A DNA stretch of 40,693 nt from Clostridiales bacterium. GTDB lineage: Bacteria > Bacillota > Clostridia > Lachnospirales > JAISYE01. The translations under genes were made by a program, and so were the position numbers. Position 1 is the first letter of the stretch; each line of letters begins with the position of its first letter. The notes below the pieces were generated by a model. The model was given only the letters and a program-made list of their open reading frames with translations, did not search any database and was not told the origin of the DNA. Shown here piece by piece: positions 9,735 to 18,907 of this stretch. The stretch is taken from the NCBI GenBank assembly GCA_031297485.1, contig JAISYE010000067.1, positions 1 to 40,693 of the forward strand, written 5' to 3'.

Positions 9735-9735
9735 A

Positions 9736-10098
9736 TTATCCCTCCTGTTCAAGGAATCGCCGGATTTCCGCGTTGGTCGCCTCAAGTACGGAATAAAGGT
9801 CAGGCACAAGAGCGTCCGCCGGGCTTTCCCCTTTTGCCTTCGCCTCTATAGCCGCCGAAATTGCAGCAAGCCGCTTAAAACCAAGGTTAACCGCCGTGCC
9901 TTTAAGTGTGTGCGCGGCCTGCGTTATCTTTGCGTATTCCCCTGATTTTACTGCCGCGTCTACATCGTCCGACATGGCCTTGCCGTTAAACTTGTTAAGC
10001 AGCCGGATGTACAGCTTCTTGTTGTTCATTACCCTGCCTATACCGTCCTTAATGTCCATCAACGGCGTTTCGGCGCCGTCCCATGATATATTCGCCAC
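9736..10098 (-). CDS. Hpt (histidine phosphotransfer) protein
   Basis: 'AAHTLKGTAVNLG' motif; GTG start after AAGGAGGT. Confidence 0.92.
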   Translation of the reverse strand: MANISWDGAETPLMDIKDGIGRVMNNKKLYIRLLNKFNGKAMSDDVDAAVKSGEYAKITQAAHTLKGTAVNLGFKRLAAISAAIEAKAKGESPADALVPDLYSVLEATNAEIRRFLEQEG

Positions 10099-10307
10099 AA
10101 TTTTTACCTCCTTTTTGTTATAAGTTGATTCTTTATTATACGCCTATTCTACACCATATTTTTTAAAACCGCTATAGATATTCATGGAGAGTTTAAACTT
10201 TTGGGTCTTTCAAAATTTGGATGGTATCCAGAGTAATTGTTTCGCAATTTTATCGCCATAATGCTATTATAATTACATGAATCCTAAAGACTGCGCATTA
10301 GGCGGTT

Positions 10308-10328
10308 CGTCGAGCAAGCTCGGCTATC
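10308..10328 (-). repeat. Family B half-element
   Basis: cgtcgagcaagctcggctatc, 1 mismatch to 15804-15824. Confidence 0.7.
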
Positions 10329-10425
10329 ATAGTCATCTGGGGCCCACCCGGATGTGGATTGAAACAAACTTTTCCAATATAGGTTACTGGACCGGCCGCT
10401 CCGATCAAGCCTGAAACGCCGCGGT

Positions 10426-11457
10426 TCAGAATATGCTGTTCACCAGCCGGAGGGTTTCCTCCTCGTCCAGTACCACGTAGGATTTCCCGCCTATATCCTG
10501 GGGCGAGCAGGGCAGAGTGGCGGTTACAATATTTTCGGGCCGCAGATTTTTGACGTACTTTAAATATTTAGGCGCTTCGGCCAGCGAAAAATTGGTTTCT
10601 ACATAGTTGAAGTAGGTCGCTAGAAGGGCGGGCAGGCTGTTAATTATATTCTCGCTTGAAAGAGCCTGGGAGGCCATCGCCTTTATAAAGGCGTGCTGGG
10701 TGGCCGCGCGGCCCAGGTCCTGCAGGGGATAGCCGGGGGTTTCGTCCGCCGCGCCGAAATTCCCATGCCTGTACCGCAGCAGCTGCTCCGCCTGGTCCCC
10801 GTTAAGCACCTGCGGCCCCGGCTCCAAATTTATGTGCAGGCCCTGCAGCGGGTCGTCATAGCGCATGGCCTGCGGCACGTCAAATTCCACGCCGTTAATG
10901 CTGTCCACTATAAAACGCAGCGCCTCGAAATCCACGGTTACATAATATTCGAAGTCTTGTGCCAAAAGCGACTCTATCTGCTGGCACAGGACCTCCATAC
11001 CCAGCTCGTTTCCGGCGTAATGGTAAACTTCGCACGCCTTCATTTCACCGGAGGCGGGAACATACTTGCCCTTGTCTTTTAACAGCGCCTGGTTTTCTTC
11101 TGTCATTACCACATATGTATCCCGTGGAACGGAAATAAGGTTAAGCGTCAGGCTGACCGCGTTAAAACACCCGGCTATTATGGTGTCGGTGCGCGGTACG
11201 CCGGCTTCCTGGCTGTCCACGCCCACAATTAAAAAATTTGTGCGCTCCTTTAGCGGCGTTACAGAATCCACTATTTCCTGTAAAATAGTTTTTTTGTCAG
11301 AAGACTTGGCGCCGGGCGAAAAACCGCCGGTATTCGGCGCCACGTCCGCCGTAAAGTACGCAACCGCCAGCAGCAGCCCTACCGCAATGGAAAAACCCGC
11401 TATTATTCCGAAAACTATTCTGAAAAATGTTGCCGCTGAACTTTTTTTGCGTCTCAT
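10426..11457 (-). CDS. LytR-CpsA-Psr (LCP) family cell-wall glycopolymer transferase
   Basis: N-terminal TM helix; 'NFLIVGVD..RTDTII..SVPRDT', 'LLRYRH', 'DLGR..Q'. Start taken at 'MRRKK'. Confidence 0.9.
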   Translation of the reverse strand: MRRKKSSAATFFRIVFGIIAGFSIAVGLLLAVAYFTADVAPNTGGFSPGAKSSDKKTILQEIVDSVTPLKERTNFLIVGVDSQEAGVPRTDTIIAGCFNAVSLTLNLISVPRDTYVVMTEENQALLKDKGKYVPASGEMKACEVYHYAGNELGMEVLCQQIESLLAQDFEYYVTVDFEALRFIVDSINGVEFDVPQAMRYDDPLQGLHINLEPGPQVLNGDQAEQLLRYRHGNFGAADETPGYPLQDLGRAATQHAFIKAMASQALSSENIINSLPALLATYFNYVETNFSLAEAPKYLKYVKNLRPENIVTATLPCSPQDIGGKSYVVLDEEETLRLVNSIF

Positions 11458-11507
11458 GTAAAGTTCCTCTCTGTCAAAAACATACCGGTGACGGCTGAAT
11501 TTTGATA

Positions 11508-11696
11508 AAACCACGAATGAACACAAATAAACACGAATATAAAAAACAATCGTGTCCATTCATGTCCATTAAAGAACCCGGCGAACAAGGGCGGCGCGAA
11601 GCGCCGTTTTCGCGAAGCGAAAATTCCGAAAAGAACCCGGCGAACAAGGGCGGCGCGAAGCGCCGTTTTCGCGAAGCGAAAATTCCGACGTGGTTT
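11508..11696. repeat. AACCACGAAT-type palindromic repeat interrupted by two family C units
   Basis: Left arm aaaccacgaatgaacacaaataaacacgaat. Right arm atcgtgtccattcatgtccatt + cgtggttt reconstitutes once 11571-11688 is removed. Confidence 0.75.
11571..11688 (+). mobile_element. Two identical tandem 59-bp family C palindromic elements
   Basis: aaagaacccggcgaacaagggcggcgcgaagcgccgttttcgcgaagcgaaaattccga at 11571-11629 and 11630-11688. Confidence 0.85.
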
Positions 11697-11736
11697 AAAT
11701 AAACGCCCTTTGTCTTTGCCGGCGGCAGCGGGCAGT

Positions 11737-13620
11737 TTACACCGCCTCGAACTGGCTGTTATACAGCTGGTAATAAAAGCCGCGCTGCTCCAGCAGCTGT
11801 TCGTGGGTGCCCTGTTCCACAATGTCGCCCTCGTTCATTACTAGGATTATATCAGCGTTCCTGATAGTTGACAAGCGGTGGGCGATTATAAAGCTCGTCC
11901 TGCCCTTCATTAAATTTTGCATGGCTTCCTGAATGCGCACCTCTGTGCGGGTGTCCACAGAGCTTGTGGCCTCGTCGAGTATCAGAATTTTCGGGTCGCA
12001 CAGGAACGCCCGCGCTATTGTGAGCAGCTGTTTTTCTCCTTGGGAAACATTGGACGTGTCTTCGTTAAGCTCCATGTCATAGCCGTTGGGCAGCGTGCTG
12101 ATAAAACGGTGCACATGGGCCGCCCGCGCCGCCTGCTTTACCTCGCTGTCTCCGGCGCCGGGCTTGCCGTAGCGGATGTTGTCCATGATACTGCCGTAAA
12201 AAAGCCAGGTGTCTTGCAGTACCATGCCGAATAAATTCCGCAGCCCGCCCCTGTTGAATTCCCTGATGTCCGTGCCGTCTACCAGGATTCTCCCGCCGTT
12301 AAGCTCGTAAAAACGCATCAGCAGTTTTACTATTGTCGTTTTGCCCGCGCCCGTTGGCCCAACAATGGCGATTTTTCTGCCCGGCTCGATTTTCGCGGAA
12401 AAGTCGTTTATCACGATCTTGTCTTCGTTATAGCCGAAGCGCACATGGTCGAATTCTATGCCTCCGGATATGTCCGTCGTTTGGGCCGGATTCTCCGGGT
12501 CGGCTTCCTCTTCCTGTTCGCCTAAAAACTCAAAAACCCTTTCCGCCGCCGCCGCTGTGGACTGTAATACATTCGCGATCTGCGCGGTCTGGGTTATTGG
12601 CTGCGTAAACGAACGGATATAGGAAATAAACGCTAAAATGTCCCCTACCTCTATAACGCGCCGCGCCGCCAGCACCCCGCCGGCAATACTGACCCCCACG
12701 TACCCCAGGTTGCCCACAAAGCCCATAAGCGGCATCATAACCCCGGAAAAAAACTGCGCCTTCCACGCGCTGGTGTACAGTACCTCGTTGTCCGCGCCAA
12801 AAGTCTCTATGGCGCGCCCTTCGCCGTTAAACGCCTTTACGACTATATGCCCGCTGTAAATCTCCTCCACCTGGCCGTTTACATGTCCCAGGTATTCCTG
12901 CTGCAACTTAAAATGCGGCTGCGACAGCTTTACCATAGCACTGGCCAAAAACAGCGACATGGGTATCATTAACAGCGCTATAAGCGTCATAAGGGGGCTT
13001 ATGGTCAGCATCATGATGATTATCCCGATTATGGTGGTTACGGACGTTATTATCTGCGAGAGGCTTTGACTTAGGGTCTGGCTTACTGTGTCCACGTCGT
13101 TTGTTATACGGGACAAAACTTCCCCTCGCGTCTGCCTGTCGAAATATTTAAGGGGCAGTTTGTTTATCTTTTTGAAAATTTCCTCCCGCAGGTTATAGGA
13201 GATTTTTTGCGTCACGCCCGCCATAATATAGCTTTGCGCGCCACCGAACAACGTACTGACCAAGTACATGGCCAGCAGCAGCAGACATATCTGCCCCAGC
13301 CTCGCGAAATCTATTCCGCCCGCGCCCTGGGCTGCCAACATGACGCCGTTGTATATTTCGGTTGTGGCGGAACCGGTTATTTTCGGCCCCACTATGGAAA
13401 AAATGCAGCTGGCCGCCGCAAGCACTATTACAGCCGTAATGCCGGCCCAATAGGGTTTTATGTGTTGCAGCAGGCTGAGCATTGTGCCTTTAAAATTCTT
13501 CGCCTTGGCACCGGGGAACATTCCGGCCATTGGTCCGCCCGGGCCTCCAGGCCTGCCTGGGCCGCCGGGGCGGAATGGCCTGCCGGGGCCGCCCGGGGCG
13601 TCATGCCGTTTTTCGCTCAT
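11737..13620 (-). CDS. Heterodimeric ABC exporter, TMD-NBD subunit (TM288-like)
   Basis: Six TM helices; Walker A GPTGAGKT, signature SQGEKQ, Walker B ILILDE, H-loop AHR. Confidence 0.93.
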   Translation of the reverse strand: MSEKRHDAPGGPGRPFRPGGPGRPGGPGGPMAGMFPGAKAKNFKGTMLSLLQHIKPYWAGITAVIVLAAASCIFSIVGPKITGSATTEIYNGVMLAAQGAGGIDFARLGQICLLLLAMYLVSTLFGGAQSYIMAGVTQKISYNLREEIFKKINKLPLKYFDRQTRGEVLSRITNDVDTVSQTLSQSLSQIITSVTTIIGIIIMMLTISPLMTLIALLMIPMSLFLASAMVKLSQPHFKLQQEYLGHVNGQVEEIYSGHIVVKAFNGEGRAIETFGADNEVLYTSAWKAQFFSGVMMPLMGFVGNLGYVGVSIAGGVLAARRVIEVGDILAFISYIRSFTQPITQTAQIANVLQSTAAAAERVFEFLGEQEEEADPENPAQTTDISGGIEFDHVRFGYNEDKIVINDFSAKIEPGRKIAIVGPTGAGKTTIVKLLMRFYELNGGRILVDGTDIREFNRGGLRNLFGMVLQDTWLFYGSIMDNIRYGKPGAGDSEVKQAARAAHVHRFISTLPNGYDMELNEDTSNVSQGEKQLLTIARAFLCDPKILILDEATSSVDTRTEVRIQEAMQNLMKGRTSFIIAHRLSTIRNADIILVMNEGDIVEQGTHEQLLEQRGFYYQLYNSQFEAV

Positions 13621-15389
13621 GTTAACGCCTCCTTAATATTATCCGCGCCTAGGTCTCTGGATAATTCTTCTGGTGATAACTGGGACTCCGCTATCTCCCG
13701 ATACACCGGACATCGGCGCAACAGTTCCGAATGTGTGCCCTGGCCAGCCACGCGGCCTTCGTCCAGGACTATTATCTTGTCGGCGCGCATTACCGTGCTT
13801 ATCCGCTGGGCGACTATAAGGACAATGGCTTGCGAGACTTCCTCATGAAGGGCCTTGCGCAGCAGCGCGTCTGTCTTGTAGTCAAGGGCGGAAAAACTGT
13901 CGTCAAAAATATAAATTTCCGGCTTCTTCGCCAGGGCCCGCGCGATAGACAGCCGCTGCTTCTGGCCGCCGGACACGTTTGTGCCGCCTTGGGATATTTG
14001 CGTCTCGTACTGGTCCGGCGCGTCCTCTATAAATTCCGAAGCCTGGGCTATCCGCGCCGCTGTACGGGCGTCTTCCGGCGTTATGTGCCCGCCGCCGTAG
14101 CGCAGGTTGGATTCGATGGTGCCGGTAAAAAGCAGGGCCTTCTGCGGCACGTAGCCGATTTTGGCCCGTAGCCCTGCGAGGGGGATGTTGGTTATATCCA
14201 CGCCGCTTACCTCTATGCTGCCTTCCGTAACGTCGTAAAAGCGCGGTATAAGGTTTATCAGCGTGGACTTGCCGCTGCCCGTGCTTCCCACAAACGCCAC
14301 GGTCTCGGCGCCTCCGGCTCGGAAACTTATGTTTTGAAGTACGTATTCCTCCGCGTTAGGGTATTTAAAGGAAACGTTTTTAAATTCCACGCACGGCTTA
14401 TTATTGGGGAGTTCCGGCGCGGCTGACGCAACCGTGTCCTTAATGGTCACTTCCTCTTCAAGCACGGCCACAACGCGGTCGGCTGACACTGCCGCCCGGG
14501 GGATGAACATGGACATCATGGAAAGCATTAGGAACGACCAGAAAATTTGCATCGAGTACTGTATAAAGGCCATCATGTAGCCCACGTTAATGGCGCCCCG
14601 CTGGATTCCGCGGCCGCCGAACCACAGCACGGCAATCACCGAAAGGTTCATTATAAGCGTCATAAGCGGCATCATGAACCCCATAAAGCGCGTTACAAAC
14701 AAGTGGGTGCCGGTTAAGTCGCTGTTGGCTTTTTGGAATTTATTTTCCTCAAATTGCTGGTTGGAGAACGCGCGGATAACCATGATACCGCTTAGGGATT
14801 CCCGCACTACCATGTTTAAGCGGTCCACCAGTTCCTGAATTTTTTTAAAGCGCGGCGTAACTATGGAAAAGGTCCCTATCACCAGCGCCAATATGCCCAG
14901 CACCGCCACAACTATTATCCACTCCATGCCGGACCGCGCGCCCACAACCTTTATTATGCCGCCTATGCCCATAATCGGCGCGTAGCACAGCATTCGCATG
15001 GACATAAACACGAACATCTGGAGCTGCTGGATGTCGTTGGTACTGCGCGTAATAAGCGACGCGGTTGAGAACTTATCCAGTTCCGCGTTGGAAAAGCTCA
15101 CTACCTTGACAAACACTTCCCGCCGCAGGTCCCGGGCGCTGGCCGACGCCACCACCGAGGCCAAAAACGAGGAGCCTATTACCGCGGACATGGCCAGCAG
15201 AGCTATAGCAAGCATACGAACCCCTACCGCCACAATGTAGGACGTGTCGCCCGCGCCTATGCCGTTATTTACTATGTCCGACATCAGGTCCGGCAGCGCC
15301 AGTTCGCACCACGCCTGCACAAACAGCAGGGCTATCCCCGCTGTTATTTTCCACAGGTATGGCCGCAGGTACTTTGCGAGTTTCTTCAT
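13617..15389 (-). CDS. Heterodimeric ABC exporter, TMD-NBD subunit (TM287-like, degenerate catalytic residues)
   Basis: GSTGSGKS, SGGQKQR, Walker B IFDD (E to D) and switch AQR (H to Q). Confidence 0.93.
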   Translation of the reverse strand: MKKLAKYLRPYLWKITAGIALLFVQAWCELALPDLMSDIVNNGIGAGDTSYIVAVGVRMLAIALLAMSAVIGSSFLASVVASASARDLRREVFVKVVSFSNAELDKFSTASLITRSTNDIQQLQMFVFMSMRMLCYAPIMGIGGIIKVVGARSGMEWIIVVAVLGILALVIGTFSIVTPRFKKIQELVDRLNMVVRESLSGIMVIRAFSNQQFEENKFQKANSDLTGTHLFVTRFMGFMMPLMTLIMNLSVIAVLWFGGRGIQRGAINVGYMMAFIQYSMQIFWSFLMLSMMSMFIPRAAVSADRVVAVLEEEVTIKDTVASAAPELPNNKPCVEFKNVSFKYPNAEEYVLQNISFRAGGAETVAFVGSTGSGKSTLINLIPRFYDVTEGSIEVSGVDITNIPLAGLRAKIGYVPQKALLFTGTIESNLRYGGGHITPEDARTAARIAQASEFIEDAPDQYETQISQGGTNVSGGQKQRLSIARALAKKPEIYIFDDSFSALDYKTDALLRKALHEEVSQAIVLIVAQRISTVMRADKIIVLDEGRVAGQGTHSELLRRCPVYREIAESQLSPEELSRDLGADNIKEALT

Positions 15390-15518
15390 TCACTAATCCT
15401 CCCTTATTTTTTCTTAGTGTTTATATATACAGGAAAATATTATACAGGTTTGCGGGAATTTTTAAAGTGTCCTAAGATTAAAAATCAAAAGTTTTAAAAT
15501 CTCTGGGTGTCTGTTAAG

Positions 15519-15733
15519 AGGTCAAAAGATTAAGACCAACGGACAGTTCACCGTTAGGGGCTCCGCCCCATTGGCGCGAACTTAAGGCTTGAGGAAGGTC
15601 AAAAGATTAAGACCAACGGACAGTTCACCGTTAGGCTCCGCCCCAAACCCCGCTGGGGACCTAACGATGGTTTGTTCGTTGGCCCCCAGACCCCTTCTTG
15701 CGCTTCGCGCGCACTCATTAAAGAACCCAACGA
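15519..15733 (-). repeat. Family A repeat with internal 40-bp duplication, joined to a family C end
   Basis: 15519-15558 = 15596-15635 = 7793-7832; ends in ttaaagaacccaacg. Confidence 0.85.
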
Positions 15734-15748
15734 GCCTCCCGCGCCTTA

Positions 15749-15877
15749 GGACGTGTTTGAAAACTTGATTCCGATAGTCGAGCTTGCTCGACGCAGCGCG
15801 AAGCGTCGAGCAAGCTCGACTATCATTGCGGCGGTTTCATTCGAAATTTCGCGCTTTAAGGAATTTTCAAACACGCC
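15749..15877. mobile_element. Family E MITE-like element (TIR GG(A)CGTGTTTGAAAA) carrying a nested family B element
   Basis: Near reverse complement of the 64-bp element at 36995-37058, plus an insert at 15773-15838; flanked by TTA on both sides. Confidence 0.8.
15773..15824. repeat. Complete family B element: perfect 22-bp inverted repeat
   Basis: gatagtcgagcttgctcgacgc-agcgcgaa-gcgtcgagcaagctcgactatc. Confidence 0.85.
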
Positions 15878-15930
15878 TTAGTATAGCTTAGCGAAAATTC
15901 AGAAACTTAATTATACAACCAAAAATTAAA

Positions 15931-15969
15931 AACCACCATCAACTGAATTTTATCAGTTGACAGTGGTTT
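15931..15969 (-). terminator. Probable terminator of the Mo-oxidoreductase operon
   Basis: aaaccac..tcaactga / tcagttga..gtggttt inverted repeat with a T-run on the minus strand. Confidence 0.6.
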
Positions 15970-16005
15970 CTATATCGAAGGCCCTTTTTTATCAGCAGCC
16001 TGCCA

Positions 16006-18897
16006 TTACGCTTTCGCGACTTCGCAGAGTCCCTCGCGGAAGGGCACGAAGCCGCTTATGGGGTCGAAGTCCCGCGTTATCAGCTCGTTTGCGTCCGCTT
16101 GCGGCCACCCGTGCAGCAGGTCTATGATACCTGGCTTTATGGTCTCGCTCGTCTTGAGCGTTACGACAATTCCCGTGCCGTTTACCGGAGCCGTGACCCG
16201 CACTTTGTCGCCGTCGCGCAGCCCGCGGGCCAATGCGTCCGACGTGTGCAGCCGCGCTACGGGTTCCGGCATAAAACGGCGCAGCCACGGCAATTCCCGG
16301 TGTTTGGCGTTTGAGTAAAACGGCACGCGGCTGCCCACGACCATAACAAGCGGAAACTTTTCCGCGGTTTCCGGCGTGCTGATAGGGCTGTATACCGGCT
16401 CGCGGTACTTCGGCAGCGGCTCCAGCCCGTTCTCGCGCAGTACCTCGCTCGCGAACTCCACCTTGCCGCTCGGCGTGTCAAACCCCGGTTTGCCGTCACG
16501 CCGCAAAACCCCCAGCTCCCATTTACGGTACTTTGTCCCGCCGCCGCGGATGGGAATTGTAAGCCCGTTGGGGTGAACGCGGCGCAAGTCCTCAAGGGTA
16601 TACTGCTTTGAACCGCCCAGTGTGCGCAAAACCTCACGTATGCACATCTCGTCGCTTGTCTCTCCGCCCCCGAAGAATTCGTCCCTGTAGCCAAGGGCGA
16701 CACCTATGTCGCAGCAAATACGGTAGTCGCTCCGCGCCTCGCCTCGAGGCGGAACAACGGGTTCGCGCAGGAAAATCCTGCGCCCCGCGAAGGTCAGCGG
16801 CGCGCTTCGCTCCAGACTCATCGCCGCCGGCAGCAGCATATCGGCATAGTCGTGAGTCCACGGGTTTTCACGGAAATCCACCGCAACGGTAAAGTCCATA
16901 TTCTTAAACGCTTCCTGATATTCGTGCGTCTGCCCCCACATCATAAGGTTCGCGCCCAGCGCCAGACACGCGCGAATCGCGCCGGTTCTGACGTACTCGG
17001 GAATTGAGTTTATCTGGATGTTCCCGTCAATATCAACGACATCCCACATTTTATGGTACGGCGTGTCAACGCGTAAATGCCGTATCGCGGGATACAGGTC
17101 GAGCCTCGCGAACTTAAACGACGCGCCGGACAAATCAACGTCGAGCGGGTCGTCGGCAATGCGGTGCCCGCCCTCCACGTCAAGGCTGCCTGTAAGCGGC
17201 ACAAGCAGCATCATCGCGCGGTAATTGTCGGTGCCGTTTGTATGATGCGGAAACGCCGACGAGCTTTTTATTGTTATCGGCTTCGTTCTCTCTGCGAGCA
17301 GCGCCCCTGCGGCGGACAGCACCTCGGACGCAACGCCGCATATGGCCGCGGTCTTTTCCAGCGTGTACTCGCTCGCCAGAGCGGCATATTCCTCAAAACC
17401 ATGCGCCCACTTCGCGATAAACTCCTTGTCGTAGTTGCCGCTTTTGATTATCTCATTGGCGAAGAACAGCGCTAAAGCGCCGTCCGTGCCAGGGCGCAGC
17501 TGAATATGCACGTCGGCGAAATTTTCCACCGTGTATGTCACGCGCGGGTCAACGACAATGTACTTTACCGCGCCAAACTCGCGCGCCGTCATCATTCGGT
17601 CCACCTGCCACGCGGCCGAATTAGCGGGGTTGTTGCCCCAGATAATGCACACCGACGTATCCACAATATCGGGGTTGCCCATGCTCGCCGCCATAGTCGC
17701 GCGGCAGTTTATGCCATAGATGAGTTTCGTCGCGATTGCCGTAGCTGTCGCGCAGGTACTCGACTCCGTGCCAAAATTAGGGCTGCCGAACGTGTAGGCG
17801 AGCCGCTGCATAATAGCGCGCGGCTCCTTCGGGTCTCCGGTCATAAACAGCACCTTTTCCGCGCCGTACTTCTCCTTGATGCCGTTAAACCTTTCCGCGA
17901 TTTCGGCGTAGGCTTCCTCCCAGGTTATGCGTTTCCACCTGCTTTTTTCGCCTTTTGGGTTAACGCGCCGCAAGGGGTACAGCAGACGGTCGGGCGCCTC
18001 AATGTCCTGGACCTGCGCAAGCCCCATTGGACATAGCGTTTCGTTACCGTACTCCTCACGGCGTTCCAGCCGCAATATTTTCCCGTCTTTTACAAGGGCT
18101 TTTACTCCGCAGCGAGGTACGTGGTTGCACATTACGCAGTGGCTGTACTTGTACTCCGCGCCTGGAATATCCTCCGGCGGCGCGCTGTTGTTGCGGCGTA
18201 TCCAATCGCGCGAGCGGAACAGGCCGTCCTTTAAATCCTGATAATCCGTGTCGGCGGCGCCGCGCTTTTTTTCTTTGCCCTCAAGCGTGGTGGGGACTAG
18301 CCGGACCGGACCGGAACCTCCGTCGCCTTCGTAACTCTTTGGCAGCAGGCCGGGGTCAAACCCCTCCGGCACAACGTAGTACATGCTTGTCCCTTTGATT
18401 TTTACCGCGCCGTACAGCTTTATATAGCAGTTTATCTCGCTGTCCTTGTCGTCAAGGTCGCCGAATATCCGCGCGTGCGCCGGGCAAAGGGCGACGCAGA
18501 CCGGTTCCTCGTTTCGCGCCAGCTTTTCCTGACACAGCGTGCATTTTTCGGCTTTAAACTTGCCCGCGCTTACCTTGGTCAAGAACCGCTGGCCGTATGG
18601 GCACGCCTTAACGCACGCGCCGCAGCCGATACATTTTTCGTCGTTTGTGAGCACGGGCCCTTCCTGAGAAATGGATGTGGCGCCTGTCGGGCAGACTTTG
18701 TGGCACGGCGAGTCCTCGCAGTGATTGCACATCGTTGAAACATACCGCGTGTGCGAGTCCGCTCCCTCGCCGTACTCTACTATTTTACCCTGGTTGTAGT
18801 CAACGCCGTCGCGCGTGCGGAAATACTGCTTACACGCGACGACGCAGCCGTAACAGCCAGTACATCGCACAAGGTCGATTAGCATTCCGTATTTCAT
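16006..18897 (-). CDS. Fused 4Fe-4S dicluster (DmsB-like) and Mo/W-bisPGD (DMSO reductase superfamily) oxidoreductase, cytoplasmic
   Basis: Start 'MKYGMLIDLVRCTGCYGCVVAC' after AGGAG. Four ferredoxin Cys clusters; catalytic domain 'CVMCNHVPRC..LC', 'RLLYPL', 'GSPNFGTESSTC', 'WGNNP', 'RPGTDGAL', 'ADMLLPA', 'TPSGKVEF'. No Tat signal. Confidence 0.9.
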   Translation of the reverse strand: MKYGMLIDLVRCTGCYGCVVACKQYFRTRDGVDYNQGKIVEYGEGADSHTRYVSTMCNHCEDSPCHKVCPTGATSISQEGPVLTNDEKCIGCGACVKACPYGQRFLTKVSAGKFKAEKCTLCQEKLARNEEPVCVALCPAHARIFGDLDDKDSEINCYIKLYGAVKIKGTSMYYVVPEGFDPGLLPKSYEGDGGSGPVRLVPTTLEGKEKKRGAADTDYQDLKDGLFRSRDWIRRNNSAPPEDIPGAEYKYSHCVMCNHVPRCGVKALVKDGKILRLERREEYGNETLCPMGLAQVQDIEAPDRLLYPLRRVNPKGEKSRWKRITWEEAYAEIAERFNGIKEKYGAEKVLFMTGDPKEPRAIMQRLAYTFGSPNFGTESSTCATATAIATKLIYGINCRATMAASMGNPDIVDTSVCIIWGNNPANSAAWQVDRMMTAREFGAVKYIVVDPRVTYTVENFADVHIQLRPGTDGALALFFANEIIKSGNYDKEFIAKWAHGFEEYAALASEYTLEKTAAICGVASEVLSAAGALLAERTKPITIKSSSAFPHHTNGTDNYRAMMLLVPLTGSLDVEGGHRIADDPLDVDLSGASFKFARLDLYPAIRHLRVDTPYHKMWDVVDIDGNIQINSIPEYVRTGAIRACLALGANLMMWGQTHEYQEAFKNMDFTVAVDFRENPWTHDYADMLLPAAMSLERSAPLTFAGRRIFLREPVVPPRGEARSDYRICCDIGVALGYRDEFFGGGETSDEMCIREVLRTLGGSKQYTLEDLRRVHPNGLTIPIRGGGTKYRKWELGVLRRDGKPGFDTPSGKVEFASEVLRENGLEPLPKYREPVYSPISTPETAEKFPLVMVVGSRVPFYSNAKHRELPWLRRFMPEPVARLHTSDALARGLRDGDKVRVTAPVNGTGIVVTLKTSETIKPGIIDLLHGWPQADANELITRDFDPISGFVPFREGLCEVAKA

Positions 18898-18907
18898 GTG
18901 ACTTCTC

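Noticed and set aside
13530-13600. PGGPGRP low-complexity repeat in the ABC exporter N-terminus
   Set aside because: Gly/Pro-rich N-termini are common in TM288-like subunits; not a mobile repeat.
16006-18897. Selenocysteine recoding in the Mo enzyme
   Set aside because: The ORF is uninterrupted and the putative metal ligand is a normal Cys codon.
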